Below, one piece after another: positions 9,211-18,857 of a stretch of DNA of 64,000 nucleotides; position 1 is the stretch's first letter; every line of letters begins with the position of its first letter. Both the position numbers and the translations under genes were made by a program. The DNA is from Alphaproteobacteria bacterium. Lineage in GTDB: Bacteria > Pseudomonadota > Alphaproteobacteria > GCA-2731375. The notes under the pieces were generated by a model. It ran no database searches, was not told where the DNA came from, and saw nothing but the letters and a program-made list of their open reading frames with translations. The stretch is from contig CBDDPY010000002.1 of NCBI GenBank assembly GCA_965232515.1, positions 1,664,001 to 1,728,000 on the forward strand, given 5' to 3'.

Positions 9211-9797
9211 CGTTTGCTCCAGGCCAAGGCGTCCTCGAGGCGGTCGTCGCCCCAGAAGATCTCGCCGTCGACCGCGAATGTCGGCGAACCGAAGATGCCC
9301 AGCGCGCGGGCCGCGTCGGTCTCGTCCTCTAATCGTTGGACATTGTCGTCCGCGTTGGCGGCGGCGATGACGGCGGCCGGATCCTTGTCCAGAGACCGAA
9401 GCACGTGTTCGACGTTGTCGTCGACGCCGAGCGGCCGATCTTCAAGGAACCAGGCGCGATAGCTCGCCTTCGTGTAGTCGGGGCACCAGCCCTCCTTGGC
9501 CGCCAGCACGCCGACGCGGTTGGCAAGCAGATCGGGATCGACCGGATATTGCGGCTGGCCGCGGTATTCGAGGCCGTAGCCGGCCGCGCGGCGTTCCAGA
9601 TCGCGCCACATATAGGCCGCCTTCGCCGGCTTGGTGGCGAAGGGAATGTTGTCCATTTCCAGCATGATCGCGCGGACGTTGAACGGGCGCCAGTTGACAT
9701 TGACGCCAGCCTCCGCCGCCGCCTGCTCGATCCGCATGACGCTCAGGTAGGTGTAGGTGCTGCCGTAGAAAAAGAAGAAATCGATCGATGCGGACAT
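9207..9797 (-). CDS. 2-hydroxychromene-2-carboxylate isomerase / DsbA (GST-kappa-like) family protein
   Basis: IDFFFFYGSTYTY, YMWRDLER and GIFGSPTF.VDGEIFWGDDRL motifs. Confidence 0.9.
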   Translation of the reverse strand: MSASIDFFFFYGSTYTYLSVMRIEQAAAEAGVNVNWRPFNVRAIMLEMDNIPFATKPAKAAYMWRDLERRAAGYGLEYRGQPQYPVDPDLLANRVGVLAAKEGWCPDYTKASYRAWFLEDRPLGVDDNVEHVLRSLDKDPAAVIAAANADDNVQRLEDETDAARALGIFGSPTFAVDGEIFWGDDRLEDALAWSKR

Positions 9798-9851
9798 GAC
9801 GCGTCTCTCCTTTGTGCGGGCGATCTCCGACCGGTTGCCGCGTCGCGGACT

Positions 9852-10031
9852 CTACAGCGACTCGACGTCGGCGTCGGAGAATGCCCATTCAGTGGGTTCG
9901 TCGAGCTCGGCGAAGAACAGACGTTCGGCTTCGGCCATGGCCGCGTCCTCGTCGGGGGCGTTGACCTTGGCCACCCAATAGAGCTCGCCGCGCTTGAGGC
10001 TGGCTTTCAGGGTCACGTTGAACTTCGGCAT
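9852..10031 (-). CDS. Small acidic hypothetical protein (59 aa)
   Basis: MPKFNVTLKASLKRGELYWVAKVNAPDEDAAMAEAERLFFAELDEPTEWAFSDADVESL. It has coding-like codon usage and fills the gap between divergent genes. Confidence 0.65.
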   Translation of the reverse strand: MPKFNVTLKASLKRGELYWVAKVNAPDEDAAMAEAERLFFAELDEPTEWAFSDADVESL

Positions 10032-10111
10032 GGCCCCGCAGATACGCCAACCCGCGTGTCGGCGCAACCGTTCGATCTGATAGACTGCGCGGGAACAGGA
10101 CCTGGAGCACG

Positions 10112-11887
10112 ATGAATACGCATCTCAGCCTCGCCGACAAGGACGTCGCTATCCCGCCGGCCGACAGCCCGGTCGCACCCGATACACGCGGCATGAACTT
10201 CTATGCCGCGGACGCGTCGTTGCGCGGATTGCTGCCGCTCTATCTCGACGCAGAGACCTTGGGCCAGCTGGAACCGCATCTGCAGCGCATGGGCGAGCTG
10301 GCGGCGAACCGGCTGGAAGACCTGGCGATGACCGCGGACAAACACCCGCCTGTGCTGGTCCAGCGCACGCCGCGCGGCGAGGATCGGCAGAGCATCGAGT
10401 ACCACCCCGCCTATCGCGAGATGGAGCGGATCGCCTTTGGCGAATTCGCGCTGCACGCCATGAGCCACCGCGGCGGCGTGCTGGGCCGCGAGACGCCCTG
10501 GCCGGTGACAGCGAAATACGCGCTGTCCTACCTGTTCGTGCAGGCCGAATTCGGTCTGCTCTGCCCGGTGAGCATGACCGACACCGTCCATGGCCTGATT
10601 GCCAAGAACGGCCCGGACGTGCTGCGCGAAAGATATGGCGCGCCGATGCTGCGCCAGGACCTGAACGCGCTCTATCAGGGCGCCATGTTCATGACCGAGC
10701 GGCACGGCGGCTCGGATGTCGGGGCCAACCAGGTCGTGGCCCGGCAGGCGGCCGGCGAATGGCGGCTCTACGGCGACAAATGGTTCTGCTCGAACGTCGA
10801 CGCCGAGGTCACGGCGGTGCTGGCGCGGCCCGAGGGCGCCGGCCCGGGCACCAGGGGCCTGGGCCTGTTCCTGCTGCCGCGGCACCTGGACGACGGCCGG
10901 CCGAACCGCTATCGCATCGTGCGCCTGAAAGACAAGCTCGGCACACGGTCGATGGCGAGCGGCGAGGTCGTTCTGGAAGGCGCGACGGCCCATGTGATCG
11001 GCGAGATCGACCGCGGCATCCTGCAGATGATGGAAACCGTAAACGCCTCGCGCCTGTCGCAGAGCATGCGGGCCGCGGGCGTGATGCGCCGCTGCTGGCA
11101 CGATGCGCTGACCGTGGCGGGGCATCGGGTGGCCTGGGGCCGGCCCATCGCCGAGTTCCCGCTGCTGCGCCGGCAGTTGCTGAAGATCTTGCTGCCGGCC
11201 GAGGAATGCCTGTCGTTCCTGCTGTTCACCAGCCAGGCGCTGGACAAGGCCGAGGCAGGCGACGACGAAGCGGCGCAACTGCTGCGACTGGCGACGCCGC
11301 TGATCAAGTTCCGCAGCAACCGCGACCAGCGGCGCATCACCGGCGACGCGCTCGAGATCCGCGGCGGCAACGGCTATATCGAGGACTGGGCAAACCCGCG
11401 CCTGGTGCGCGACGGGCATCTGGGCGTGCTGTGGGAGGGCACCAGCAACATGGTCGCGCTCGACGCCATGCAGCGCGCCATCGCCAAGAAGGGTGCGCAC
11501 CGGGTGTTCCAGGCCGCGCTGCACGAACGGCTCGACGTCGCCGCCAAGATCCCGACGACCGTGCGCGACCGCCTGCGCGGCCATGTCGACCGCGCCGTCG
11601 CCTATGCCGAGCGCGTGGCCGGCCAGGGCGAGGCCGGCGAGGCGCAGGCGCGCAAGGCGTCGTCAGCGCTCTATCACGCCGCCAGCGCCGCCCTGCTCTG
11701 CTGGGAAGCGGCGATGCTGGACGATCCGAGGCGGTTGCTGCTCGCCGGGCTTGTCGACCGCTTCAAGCTGTCGCCGCAGGACCCGCTGAGCGACGACGAC
11801 GCGGCGCTGGAAACGGCCGCCGCCGCGACGCTGATCGACGGCGCGCCGACGACGCTGGCGGACGCCGCCGCGCTGATCGCGGGCTGA
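10112..11887 (+). CDS. AidB-like acyl-CoA dehydrogenase family protein
   Basis: EYHPAY, CPVSMTD, MFMTERHGGSDV, GDKWFCS, RLKDKLGTRSMASGE and WEGTSN motifs. Confidence 0.9.
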   Translation: MNTHLSLADKDVAIPPADSPVAPDTRGMNFYAADASLRGLLPLYLDAETLGQLEPHLQRMGELAANRLEDLAMTADKHPPVLVQRTPRGEDRQSIEYHPAYREMERIAFGEFALHAMSHRGGVLGRETPWPVTAKYALSYLFVQAEFGLLCPVSMTDTVHGLIAKNGPDVLRERYGAPMLRQDLNALYQGAMFMTERHGGSDVGANQVVARQAAGEWRLYGDKWFCSNVDAEVTAVLARPEGAGPGTRGLGLFLLPRHLDDGRPNRYRIVRLKDKLGTRSMASGEVVLEGATAHVIGEIDRGILQMMETVNASRLSQSMRAAGVMRRCWHDALTVAGHRVAWGRPIAEFPLLRRQLLKILLPAEECLSFLLFTSQALDKAEAGDDEAAQLLRLATPLIKFRSNRDQRRITGDALEIRGGNGYIEDWANPRLVRDGHLGVLWEGTSNMVALDAMQRAIAKKGAHRVFQAALHERLDVAAKIPTTVRDRLRGHVDRAVAYAERVAGQGEAGEAQARKASSALYHAASAALLCWEAAMLDDPRRLLLAGLVDRFKLSPQDPLSDDDAALETAAAATLIDGAPTTLADAAALIAG

Positions 11888-11890
11888 TCC

Positions 11891-12949
11891 ATGCAGAGCC
11901 CGGGCATGCGCGACCTGCCGCTGCTGCCGACCATGGGCGTCGGCAGCTATGCGACGCCGGGTTGGCTGTTTCCGGTGCGCGAGGCCATGGGCCAGGGTCG
12001 CCTCGGACCGGACGACATCACGGAGGCCTTCGAGGACGCAACCCGCATCGTCATCGCCGACCAGATCGAGGCCGGGGTCGACATCGTCTCGGACGGCGAG
12101 CTGCAGCGGCAGCGCTTCGTCTACGAGATGTATGACCGCATCACCGGCATCGACCGCCGGCCTTCGCCGCGCCGGTTGGGCGTGCCGGGCTACGACAAAG
12201 CGCCAAAGTTCGTCGCCAACGAGCGCCTGCGGGCGCCGAACGGCCTGGGCCTTGTGGACGAATTCAACGACCTGAAGCGCCTGGCGCCCGAAAGCCGCCT
12301 GAAGATCGCCTTCCCCGGCCCCCTCACCTTCGCCCGCAATATCCGGCCCGGCGCGGCTTATGGCGACGGCGACAGCGCCAATGCCGACCTGATGGCCGAC
12401 ATCGTCGCCATGGTGCGGGACGAGGTCGCCGCGCTCGCGATGGCCGGGGCCGAGTTGATCCAGATCGACGAGCCGGGCCTGACCAACCTGCCCGACTTCG
12501 TCACCATCGAGAACGCCGCCGCGCCGATCAACGCCGCCATCGACGGCTACGCCGAGCGCACGGCCGTGCATGTTTGCTATGGCAATAACGCCAGCCGGCC
12601 CTACGCCCGCCGCGATCTGGCGCGGCTGCTGCCGGCGATCCGGGCGCTGCAATCGCCATTGCTGTCGCTGGAGTTCGCCAACCGCGAGATGGCAGAGCTG
12701 GAACTTCTGGGCGAGCTGTCGGGCCGGTTCGAAATCGCCGCCGGCCTGGTCGACGTGAAGTCGTTCTACGAGGAAACACCGGAAGATATCGCCGCCCGCA
12801 TCCGTGCGACGCTCGAATATGTGCCGGCAGACCGGCTGTCGGTAACACCGGATTGCGGCTTCTCGGCCATCCCGCGCTGGCTCGCCCGGCACAAGATGCA
12901 GGCCATGGTTAACGGAACCTTGCTCGTGCGGGCCGAACTGACCGGCTGA
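11891..12949 (+). CDS. Cobalamin-independent methionine synthase II family (single-barrel MetE-like Zn thiol alkyltransferase)
   Basis: GVGSY, IVSDGE, FPGPLT, IQIDEP, HVCYGN and TPDCGF motifs carrying His/Cys/Cys Zn ligands. Alternative start at 11906. Confidence 0.88.
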   Translation: MQSPGMRDLPLLPTMGVGSYATPGWLFPVREAMGQGRLGPDDITEAFEDATRIVIADQIEAGVDIVSDGELQRQRFVYEMYDRITGIDRRPSPRRLGVPGYDKAPKFVANERLRAPNGLGLVDEFNDLKRLAPESRLKIAFPGPLTFARNIRPGAAYGDGDSANADLMADIVAMVRDEVAALAMAGAELIQIDEPGLTNLPDFVTIENAAAPINAAIDGYAERTAVHVCYGNNASRPYARRDLARLLPAIRALQSPLLSLEFANREMAELELLGELSGRFEIAAGLVDVKSFYEETPEDIAARIRATLEYVPADRLSVTPDCGFSAIPRWLARHKMQAMVNGTLLVRAELTG

Positions 12950-13002
12950 GCCGTTCCCGGCAAACCGCCTGTTAACCGGGCGCGTGGCAGACTGCCGAGT
13001 CC

Positions 13003-13779
13003 ATGAATGTACTGGCGACAACGGCGATCAGACCCACGGCCCCGGTCAGCACCCGGCCGGCCGCTCCTGCCGCTTTGCCTGACCCCAAGCCGACCGAGAC
13101 AGCCGCGCCCAGCGGTGACAAGGCGGGCGGCAAGGCGGCGAAGCCGTCGAACCTGCTGGACGTCAAGAGCCTGCTGACGGCCCAGGAGTCCGAGGCCGGC
13201 AAGAAGACCGGGGTCAACCAGGAGTTGACCGAGGAAGAGCAGAAGATCGTTTCCGAAATGAAGGCGCGCGACGCTGAGGTCCGCCGGCACGAGGAAGCGC
13301 ATGCCCGCACCGGCGGTCAATATGCGGGCTCGCCGAGCTACCAGTATGAGAAAGGCCCCGACGGCCGGCGCTACGCCGTGTCCGGCGAGGTGCCGATCGA
13401 CGTCGCGCCGGTTCCGGGCGATCCGGCGGCGACGATCCGCAAGATGGAGACCGTCAAGCGCGCGGCCCTGGCCCCGGCCGAGCCGTCGTCTCAGGACCGT
13501 TCGGTCGCCGCCAAGGCCGATCAGGAGAAGATGAAGGCCCGCGCCGAGCAGCTGAAGGAACGCCGCGAGGAGACCGCGGCGCAGAATGGCACCGGCAAGA
13601 CCGAGGCCGGCGATCCGGCTTCGCCGAACGCGGGCCCCACCGAACCGGCCACCGCCACGACATCGTCTGCCGGTCCGCAACAGCCCGACAGCGGCTTCAG
13701 CATTGCCGCCACGGCCTATTCCGCCGCCACCAGCACCACGACACAGCCTGTCCAGCAGCTCTTCGGCCTCGTCGCTTAG
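13003..13779 (+). CDS. SprA-related family protein (putative HExxH metalloprotease)
   Basis: RDAEVRRHEEAH, YEKGPDGRRYAVSGEVPID and AALAPAEPSSQDRSVAA motifs, with low-complexity flanks. Confidence 0.85.
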   Translation: MNVLATTAIRPTAPVSTRPAAPAALPDPKPTETAAPSGDKAGGKAAKPSNLLDVKSLLTAQESEAGKKTGVNQELTEEEQKIVSEMKARDAEVRRHEEAHARTGGQYAGSPSYQYEKGPDGRRYAVSGEVPIDVAPVPGDPAATIRKMETVKRAALAPAEPSSQDRSVAAKADQEKMKARAEQLKERREETAAQNGTGKTEAGDPASPNAGPTEPATATTSSAGPQQPDSGFSIAATAYSAATSTTTQPVQQLFGLVA

Positions 13780-13937
13780 TCTTTCGTGATGGCCCGTTGA
13801 TCTTGGCGCTTCGCCGGGACCGGCGTGCGGTCGGTAGCGCTCGACTGGATCTGACCACTCGGGCGGCCGAATAAGGTCACAGGTTGGCCAAGGATGCGCG
13901 CGATAGGCTCATCGCCAGTCCAGAAAGGAAGCGACCG

Positions 13938-14423
13938 ATGAAGAAACTCGTCATTGTTGCGGTCGTTGCCGGTCTGATCGGCTTCGTCGCCGGCAACGCC
14001 TTCTGGTATCTCTTCAGCCCGCTGTGGATCGATGTCGTCGTGGACGAGCGGGCCAGCGCCGCCGCGACCGCAAAGGCGCTGGCGACAGGCAATTTCGTCG
14101 ATGCCGACAGCGCCCATAGCGGCAAGGGCATTGCGACGATTTACGAAAGCGAAACGGGCGAGCGTCTGCTGCGTCTGACGGAGTTCGAGGTGACCAACGG
14201 ACCCGCCTTGGAGGTCTGGCTGGTAACCGCCGAAGCACCAACCTCATCCGACAGCGTCAAGGCCGGCGAATGGCTGTCGCTCGGCAAGCTGAAGGGCAAT
14301 ATCGGGGATCAGAACTACGACATCCCCACCGATGCCGATTTGTCCCGCTATCGCGCGGTCGTTATCTGGTGCGAGCAGTTCGGCGTGCTGTTCTCGCCGG
14401 CCACCTTGAGCCCGGCAAGCTAG
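13938..14423 (+). CDS. DM13 domain-containing exported protein
   Basis: Signal-like MKKLVIV.., H.GKG.A, NGPAL.VWL, LGKLKGNIGDQNYDIP and VIWCEQFGVLF motifs. AAGGA RBS upstream. Confidence 0.9.
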   Translation: MKKLVIVAVVAGLIGFVAGNAFWYLFSPLWIDVVVDERASAAATAKALATGNFVDADSAHSGKGIATIYESETGERLLRLTEFEVTNGPALEVWLVTAEAPTSSDSVKAGEWLSLGKLKGNIGDQNYDIPTDADLSRYRAVVIWCEQFGVLFSPATLSPAS

Positions 14424-14432
14424 CCCAACAGC

Positions 14433-15368
14433 TCAACTCGGCGGCCGTGGGGCGCCGGCCGACGCGGCGCGGGTGGCGTTGAGCCTGGCTTCGCGGTAGG
14501 CGATGTAGGTGGTGCTGGCGAAGATCGTCAGGCCGCCGATCCAGGTGAACAGCTCCGGCACCTCTGCGAAGATGAAGAAGCCGAGGGCGCTGGCCCAGAT
14601 CAGCCGGGTGAAGTCGAGCGGCAGCACTGCCGTGGCGTCGGCGAGCTTGAAGGCCTGCGCCATCGCGACATGCGCGATACTGCCGACCGCGCCCATCAGC
14701 AGCAGCCAGGCATATTCCTCGGCCGTCGGCCATTGCCAGACGAAGACGGCCGGAATCAGCGACAGGGGCGTCATGAACAGGCCCATGTAAGCGGTGATTG
14801 TCAGGCTGGAATCGGTCCGCGACAGCACCTTGATGACGAGCATGGCGCAGGCCCAGATCGCCGATGAGGTCAGCACCAGGATCGCGCCGGTGTCGAGCGT
14901 GACCAGGCCCGGCCGGATGATGATCAGCGCGCCGATAAAGCCGACGATAAGCGCCGTGATGCGCCGCAGGCGCAGACGCTCGCCCAGAAAGATGACGGCG
15001 CCGATGGTGGCGAACAGCGGCGCCGTGAAGCTCATGGCCGAGATCTTGGCGAGCGGCGAGATGCTGACGGCGGTGAAGAACATCAGCATGGCGCAAATCT
15101 GAATGGCGCTGCGCAGCAGATGCAGCGGCAGATTTTCGGTCCGGAACACGGACAGGCCATGACGCACGAAGAACGGCGCCAGGACGACCAGGCCGAAGAA
15201 GTTACGGAAGAAGGCGATCTCGAACGGGTGCAGGTCGCTTGCCGTGTGCTTGATGATCGCGTGCATGCCGGAAAAGCCCAGCGTCGACACGACGATCAGC
15301 AGCATCGCCCGCGGCGTCGGCGGGATACGGTTCGACTGTGTTTTGAGGAACGACAACAGAGAGGACAT
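14433..15368 (-). CDS. EamA/DMT family transporter
   Basis: About ten hydrophobic segments. FFRNFFG, FTAPLF and LPLDFTRL motifs. Confidence 0.9.
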   Translation of the reverse strand: MSSLLSFLKTQSNRIPPTPRAMLLIVVSTLGFSGMHAIIKHTASDLHPFEIAFFRNFFGLVVLAPFFVRHGLSVFRTENLPLHLLRSAIQICAMLMFFTAVSISPLAKISAMSFTAPLFATIGAVIFLGERLRLRRITALIVGFIGALIIIRPGLVTLDTGAILVLTSSAIWACAMLVIKVLSRTDSSLTITAYMGLFMTPLSLIPAVFVWQWPTAEEYAWLLLMGAVGSIAHVAMAQAFKLADATAVLPLDFTRLIWASALGFFIFAEVPELFTWIGGLTIFASTTYIAYREARLNATRAASAGAPRPPS

Positions 15369-15419
15369 CTGCCGGCAACATAGCCGTCTCGACCTCGGGA
15401 CCGCAATCGCGGTTCGCCG

Positions 15420-16841
15420 TCAGGTTCCCGAAACGGGCAAAACGACGCGGGCCAGCAGGCCGCCGCCGGGTGCGTCGGCGAGGGTTATGTCGCCGCCATG
15501 CCGGCGGGTAATGGCGCGCACCACGGCGAGGCCGAGTCCGGTGCCGCCGGTCTCGCGGCTGCGCGAGCCCTCCAGGCGGAAGAACGGCGTGAAGACCTTC
15601 TCGCGCATGTCGACCGGGATGCCGGGGCCACGGTCGGCGACCGTCACCTCGACGCGATCGTCGTGGCCAGTCAGCCCGACCTTGGCCTCGCTGCCGTAGC
15701 GCACGGCGTTGTCGATCAGGTTGGCGAAGGCCCGGCGCAAGGCCGTCGGCCGGCCTTCGAAGGTCAGCCGGTCGGGGCCGTCATAGGCTACCGCCTGGCC
15801 GGCGTCGGCGAGATCGTCGCACAGGCTCTGCAGCAGGCTGGCGATGTCAAAGCGCGTACGCGGCTCCTCGGCCGCGTCGTCGCGCGCGAACGACAGGGTC
15901 GCGTCCAGCATCGACTGCATCTCGTCCAAGTCGTTCAGCGCCTTACGCTGCTGCTCGTCGTCCTCGATGAACTCGGCGCGCAGGCGCAGACGCGTGAGCA
16001 TTGTGCGCAGGTCGTGCGAGATCGCCGCCAGCATCAGGGTGCGGTCGTCGACAAAGCGGCGCAGCCGTTCCTGCATGCGGTTGAAGGCGCGCGTGGCCCG
16101 TCTCAGCTCGCGGCTACCGTGCTCGGGCAGCGGCGTTGCCCGGACGTCGAGACCGAGCCGGTCGGCGGCCTCGGTAAAACGCCGCAGCGGCCGGGTCAGC
16201 CGGTGGGCCGCCCAGATCGAGATCAACACGATCAGTCCCACCATCGCCGCCAGCCAGATCAACGCCGGCCAGCCCCGGCGGATCGGTCGGTCATGGCGCG
16301 CCGTGAACACCAGCCAGCTGCCGTCGGACTGGCCGACCGAGACCAGGACGCCGCCCCGCCATCGCGGCAAGTCGTGCGTCTGCGGCGGCATCACGTCGTC
16401 CAGCGAGTCGCGCCAGCCGGCCAGGACCTGAATCTCAACCGGACGGTCGCCGAGCGGTTGCAGCAGCCGACTCAAGTGTCGCCGAATCCGTTGTTCGAAC
16501 CGGCGCTCCTCGCCGATGCGCGGCGGCGGCGCCGGCAGGAACTGTACCTGCAGCAAGGGGCCGTTCAAGGCCCGCAACAGGCGCGGTCGCTCGGCCACCG
16601 GTGTCGTTTCGGCCAGTTCGACAATGGCGATGACACGGTCGGCGGCCTGCTGCGCCGTCCGGTTGACGAACGCCGTGCGCCGTTCGGACCAGTCGAAAGC
16701 CTCGTGCGCAACGATGATGGCGATCAGGCCGAGCACGATAATGACGGCGACGCGGCCCGCGATTCCGCTGGGCCATAGTCGGAAGGCCCGTCGGAAGGGG
16801 CGCTGGAAGCGGCCCCGCGTGTCGGTCTCCTCCGTCGTCAT
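15420..16841 (-). CDS. Sensor histidine kinase (EnvZ-like, HAMP domain)
   Basis: Two TM segments and a HAMP domain. H-box AISHDLRT, N-box NLIDNAVRY, DRGPG and GTGLGL motifs. Confidence 0.94.
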   Translation of the reverse strand: MTTEETDTRGRFQRPFRRAFRLWPSGIAGRVAVIIVLGLIAIIVAHEAFDWSERRTAFVNRTAQQAADRVIAIVELAETTPVAERPRLLRALNGPLLQVQFLPAPPPRIGEERRFEQRIRRHLSRLLQPLGDRPVEIQVLAGWRDSLDDVMPPQTHDLPRWRGGVLVSVGQSDGSWLVFTARHDRPIRRGWPALIWLAAMVGLIVLISIWAAHRLTRPLRRFTEAADRLGLDVRATPLPEHGSRELRRATRAFNRMQERLRRFVDDRTLMLAAISHDLRTMLTRLRLRAEFIEDDEQQRKALNDLDEMQSMLDATLSFARDDAAEEPRTRFDIASLLQSLCDDLADAGQAVAYDGPDRLTFEGRPTALRRAFANLIDNAVRYGSEAKVGLTGHDDRVEVTVADRGPGIPVDMREKVFTPFFRLEGSRSRETGGTGLGLAVVRAITRRHGGDITLADAPGGGLLARVVLPVSGT

Positions 16842-17557
16842 CGCCGCGCCACCTCGCAGGTGAAGATGTAGCCGCCGCCGCGCACGGTCTTGATCATCGC
16901 CGGCTCGCGCGGGTCCACCTCGATCTTGCGGCGCAGGCGGCTGAGCTGAACGTCGATGCTGCGGTCGAACGGCACCGCCGCACGGCCGCGGGTCAGGTCC
17001 AACAACTGCTCGCGGCTGAGCACACGTTTGGGGTGCGCGGCGAAGGCCGCCAGCAGGTCGAACTCGCCGCCGGTCAGCGGCACCAGCACGTCGTCGGGCG
17101 AGCGCAGTTCGCGCCGCGCCAAGTCGAGACGCCAGCCGTCGAACGACAGCACCTCGTCGTCGGCGGGCTCGTCGGTGCGCGGCGCGGCGCCGGTCCGGCG
17201 CAGCACCGCCTTGATCCGGGCCAGAAGCTCACGCGGATTGAAGGGCTTGGCCAGATAGTCGTCGGCGCCCATTTCCAGGCCGATGATGCGGTCAGTCTCC
17301 TCGCCGATCGCCGTCAGCATGATCACCGGCAGGTTCGAGTCGGCGCGCAGCCTCCGGCAGAGGCTGAGCCCGTCCTCGCCCGGCAGCATCAGGTCGAGCA
17401 CGACGAGGTCGAAGCGGCCGTCGGTCAGCGTCTGCATCATCGCCCGGCCGTCGGCGGCCGTGTCGACCCGGTAGCCGTGCTTGGTCAGGAAACGGGCCAC
17501 GAGATCGCGGATCTCGCGGTCGTCGTCGACGACCAGGATATGCGGGCTGCGGCTCAT
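16838..17557 (-). CDS. OmpR family response regulator
   Basis: ILVVDDD, LDLMLPG, KPF, DRSIDVQLSRLRRK and KTVRGGGY motifs. Start placed at ATG 17557. ATGA overlap with the kinase. Confidence 0.95.
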   Translation of the reverse strand: MSRSPHILVVDDDREIRDLVARFLTKHGYRVDTAADGRAMMQTLTDGRFDLVVLDLMLPGEDGLSLCRRLRADSNLPVIMLTAIGEETDRIIGLEMGADDYLAKPFNPRELLARIKAVLRRTGAAPRTDEPADDEVLSFDGWRLDLARRELRSPDDVLVPLTGGEFDLLAAFAAHPKRVLSREQLLDLTRGRAAVPFDRSIDVQLSRLRRKIEVDPREPAMIKTVRGGGYIFTCEVARR

Positions 17558-17597
17558 GGCGGGGATTATAGGGAGCGGCTGTCGCCCTGCTTGGGAA

Positions 17598-17681
17598 TTT
17601 TGTAACGCAATGTTGCAGAAGCCCGGCCTGCAATCGGACGTTACCAAACGCCGGATTCCGGGACATGCGCGCGTTACAAAC
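17598..17681. promoter_or_regulatory. Candidate OmpR-family binding repeats in divergent promoter region
   Basis: TGTAAC and TGTTGC lie 10 bp apart (17601, 17611). GTTACCAAA (17640) and GTTACAAA (17673) occur in the opposite orientation. Confidence 0.4.
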
Positions 17682-17746
17682 GGGTCTTAGGTCTTGGGTC
17701 AAGGCGCCGGCTCGGCGCCGAACAACGACCAACAAGGAGATCTGAC

Positions 17747-18277
17747 ATGACCCGCAAGCGTCTTCTCGGTTTCGCCGGCGCCGCCGCCATCGGCCTCGCC
17801 GTCACCGTGACCGCGATCTACGTGGCGCCGTCGGACCTGGCGGCGCAGACCGCCGAGGTCGTCGCCGCGACGCCCGCGTTCTTCGGCAGCCGGCATGGCG
17901 GCTGGCGCGGCCATCACGGTGGCCGTGGCATGGCCCGGCTGTGCAGCGATGCCCGCGACGAAGGCCTGAACCGCGCGATCTCGTTCGTGGAAGGCATCAT
18001 GGCCTTCACGCCGCCGCAGGAGGAAGCCTGGGCCAAGCTGGCCACCTCGCTGCGCGCCGGCAGCGACTCGATCGGCGAGGCCTGCGGCGACATGCGCGCG
18101 GCCGGCCGGCCGGACACTGCACCGGAACGCCTGGCACGGCTCGCCAGCATGATGACCACGGGCGTCTCGATCATCGAGCAGGTCCGACCCGATTTCGACG
18201 CCTTCTATGCGACGTTGTCTGAGAAGCAGCAAAAGGCCCTCGACGACCTGATGCAGCATCGCGGCCGCCGCAGCTAG
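17747..18277 (+). CDS. Spy/CpxP (LTXXQ-motif) family periplasmic protein
   Basis: Signal peptide, FTPPQ..AW and LSEKQ motifs, a Gly/His-rich segment and two Cys. AAGGAG RBS upstream. Confidence 0.85.
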   Translation: MTRKRLLGFAGAAAIGLAVTVTAIYVAPSDLAAQTAEVVAATPAFFGSRHGGWRGHHGGRGMARLCSDARDEGLNRAISFVEGIMAFTPPQEEAWAKLATSLRAGSDSIGEACGDMRAAGRPDTAPERLARLASMMTTGVSIIEQVRPDFDAFYATLSEKQQKALDDLMQHRGRRS

Positions 18278-18286
18278 GCCGAAGCA

Positions 18287-18313
18287 CCCGCCGCGGTACA
18301 GCGCCGCGGCGGG
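18287..18313 (+). terminator. GC-rich hairpin after the Spy-like gene (weak terminator or mRNA stabiliser)
   Basis: CCCGCCGCGG-N7-CCGCGGCGGG with a poor U tract. Confidence 0.45.
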
Positions 18314-18341
18314 CATCCTTCCATCTTTCGAGGGGTCCGAC

Positions 18342-18827
18342 ATGACGATGTCAACGATGGCGCGGCGCAGCGACGACAACCCCAACGTTGTCGCGCGGCC
18401 GCCCTACCTGTTTCTGGGCGCCATCGCGATCGGCGCAGCCATCGACTTCTTCTGGCCGGTGCCGATGTTTCCGAACATCCTGCAGCTTGCCGTCGGTTTG
18501 CCGCTGATCGGCGCCGGTTTTGCCATCATGATCGCCGCGATGCGACGGTTCAGCCGGGCCGGCACCAACGTGCCGACCTATCTGCCGACCCGGGCGCTGG
18601 TGAAAAGCGGACCCTACCGTTACTCCCGCAACCCGATCTATGTGGCGCTGGCGCTGATCCATGCCGGTATCGGCTTCAGCGCCGACAGCATCTGGGTGCT
18701 GGCGATGCTGCTGCCGGTGCTGCCGGTGATCCGCTGGGGCGTGGTCGCGCGCGAAGAGCGGTATCTCACAGACAAGTTCGGCGACGAATACCAACGCTAC
18801 AAAGCGGCCGTGCCGCGCTGGTTCTGA
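18342..18827 (+). CDS. Isoprenylcysteine carboxylmethyltransferase/PEMT family membrane protein
   Basis: LVKSGPYRYSRNPIY, EERYL..KFGDEY..Y...VPRW motifs. Confidence 0.92.
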   Translation: MTMSTMARRSDDNPNVVARPPYLFLGAIAIGAAIDFFWPVPMFPNILQLAVGLPLIGAGFAIMIAAMRRFSRAGTNVPTYLPTRALVKSGPYRYSRNPIYVALALIHAGIGFSADSIWVLAMLLPVLPVIRWGVVAREERYLTDKFGDEYQRYKAAVPRWF

Positions 18828-18857
18828 CCGCGGTCCAGACAAGGGAGGCAAAGGACC

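Noticed and set aside
12960-13002. Sigma28-like promoter before the SprA-related gene
   Set aside because: Spacing between the TAAC and GCCGA elements is wrong, and the site is too close to the ATG.
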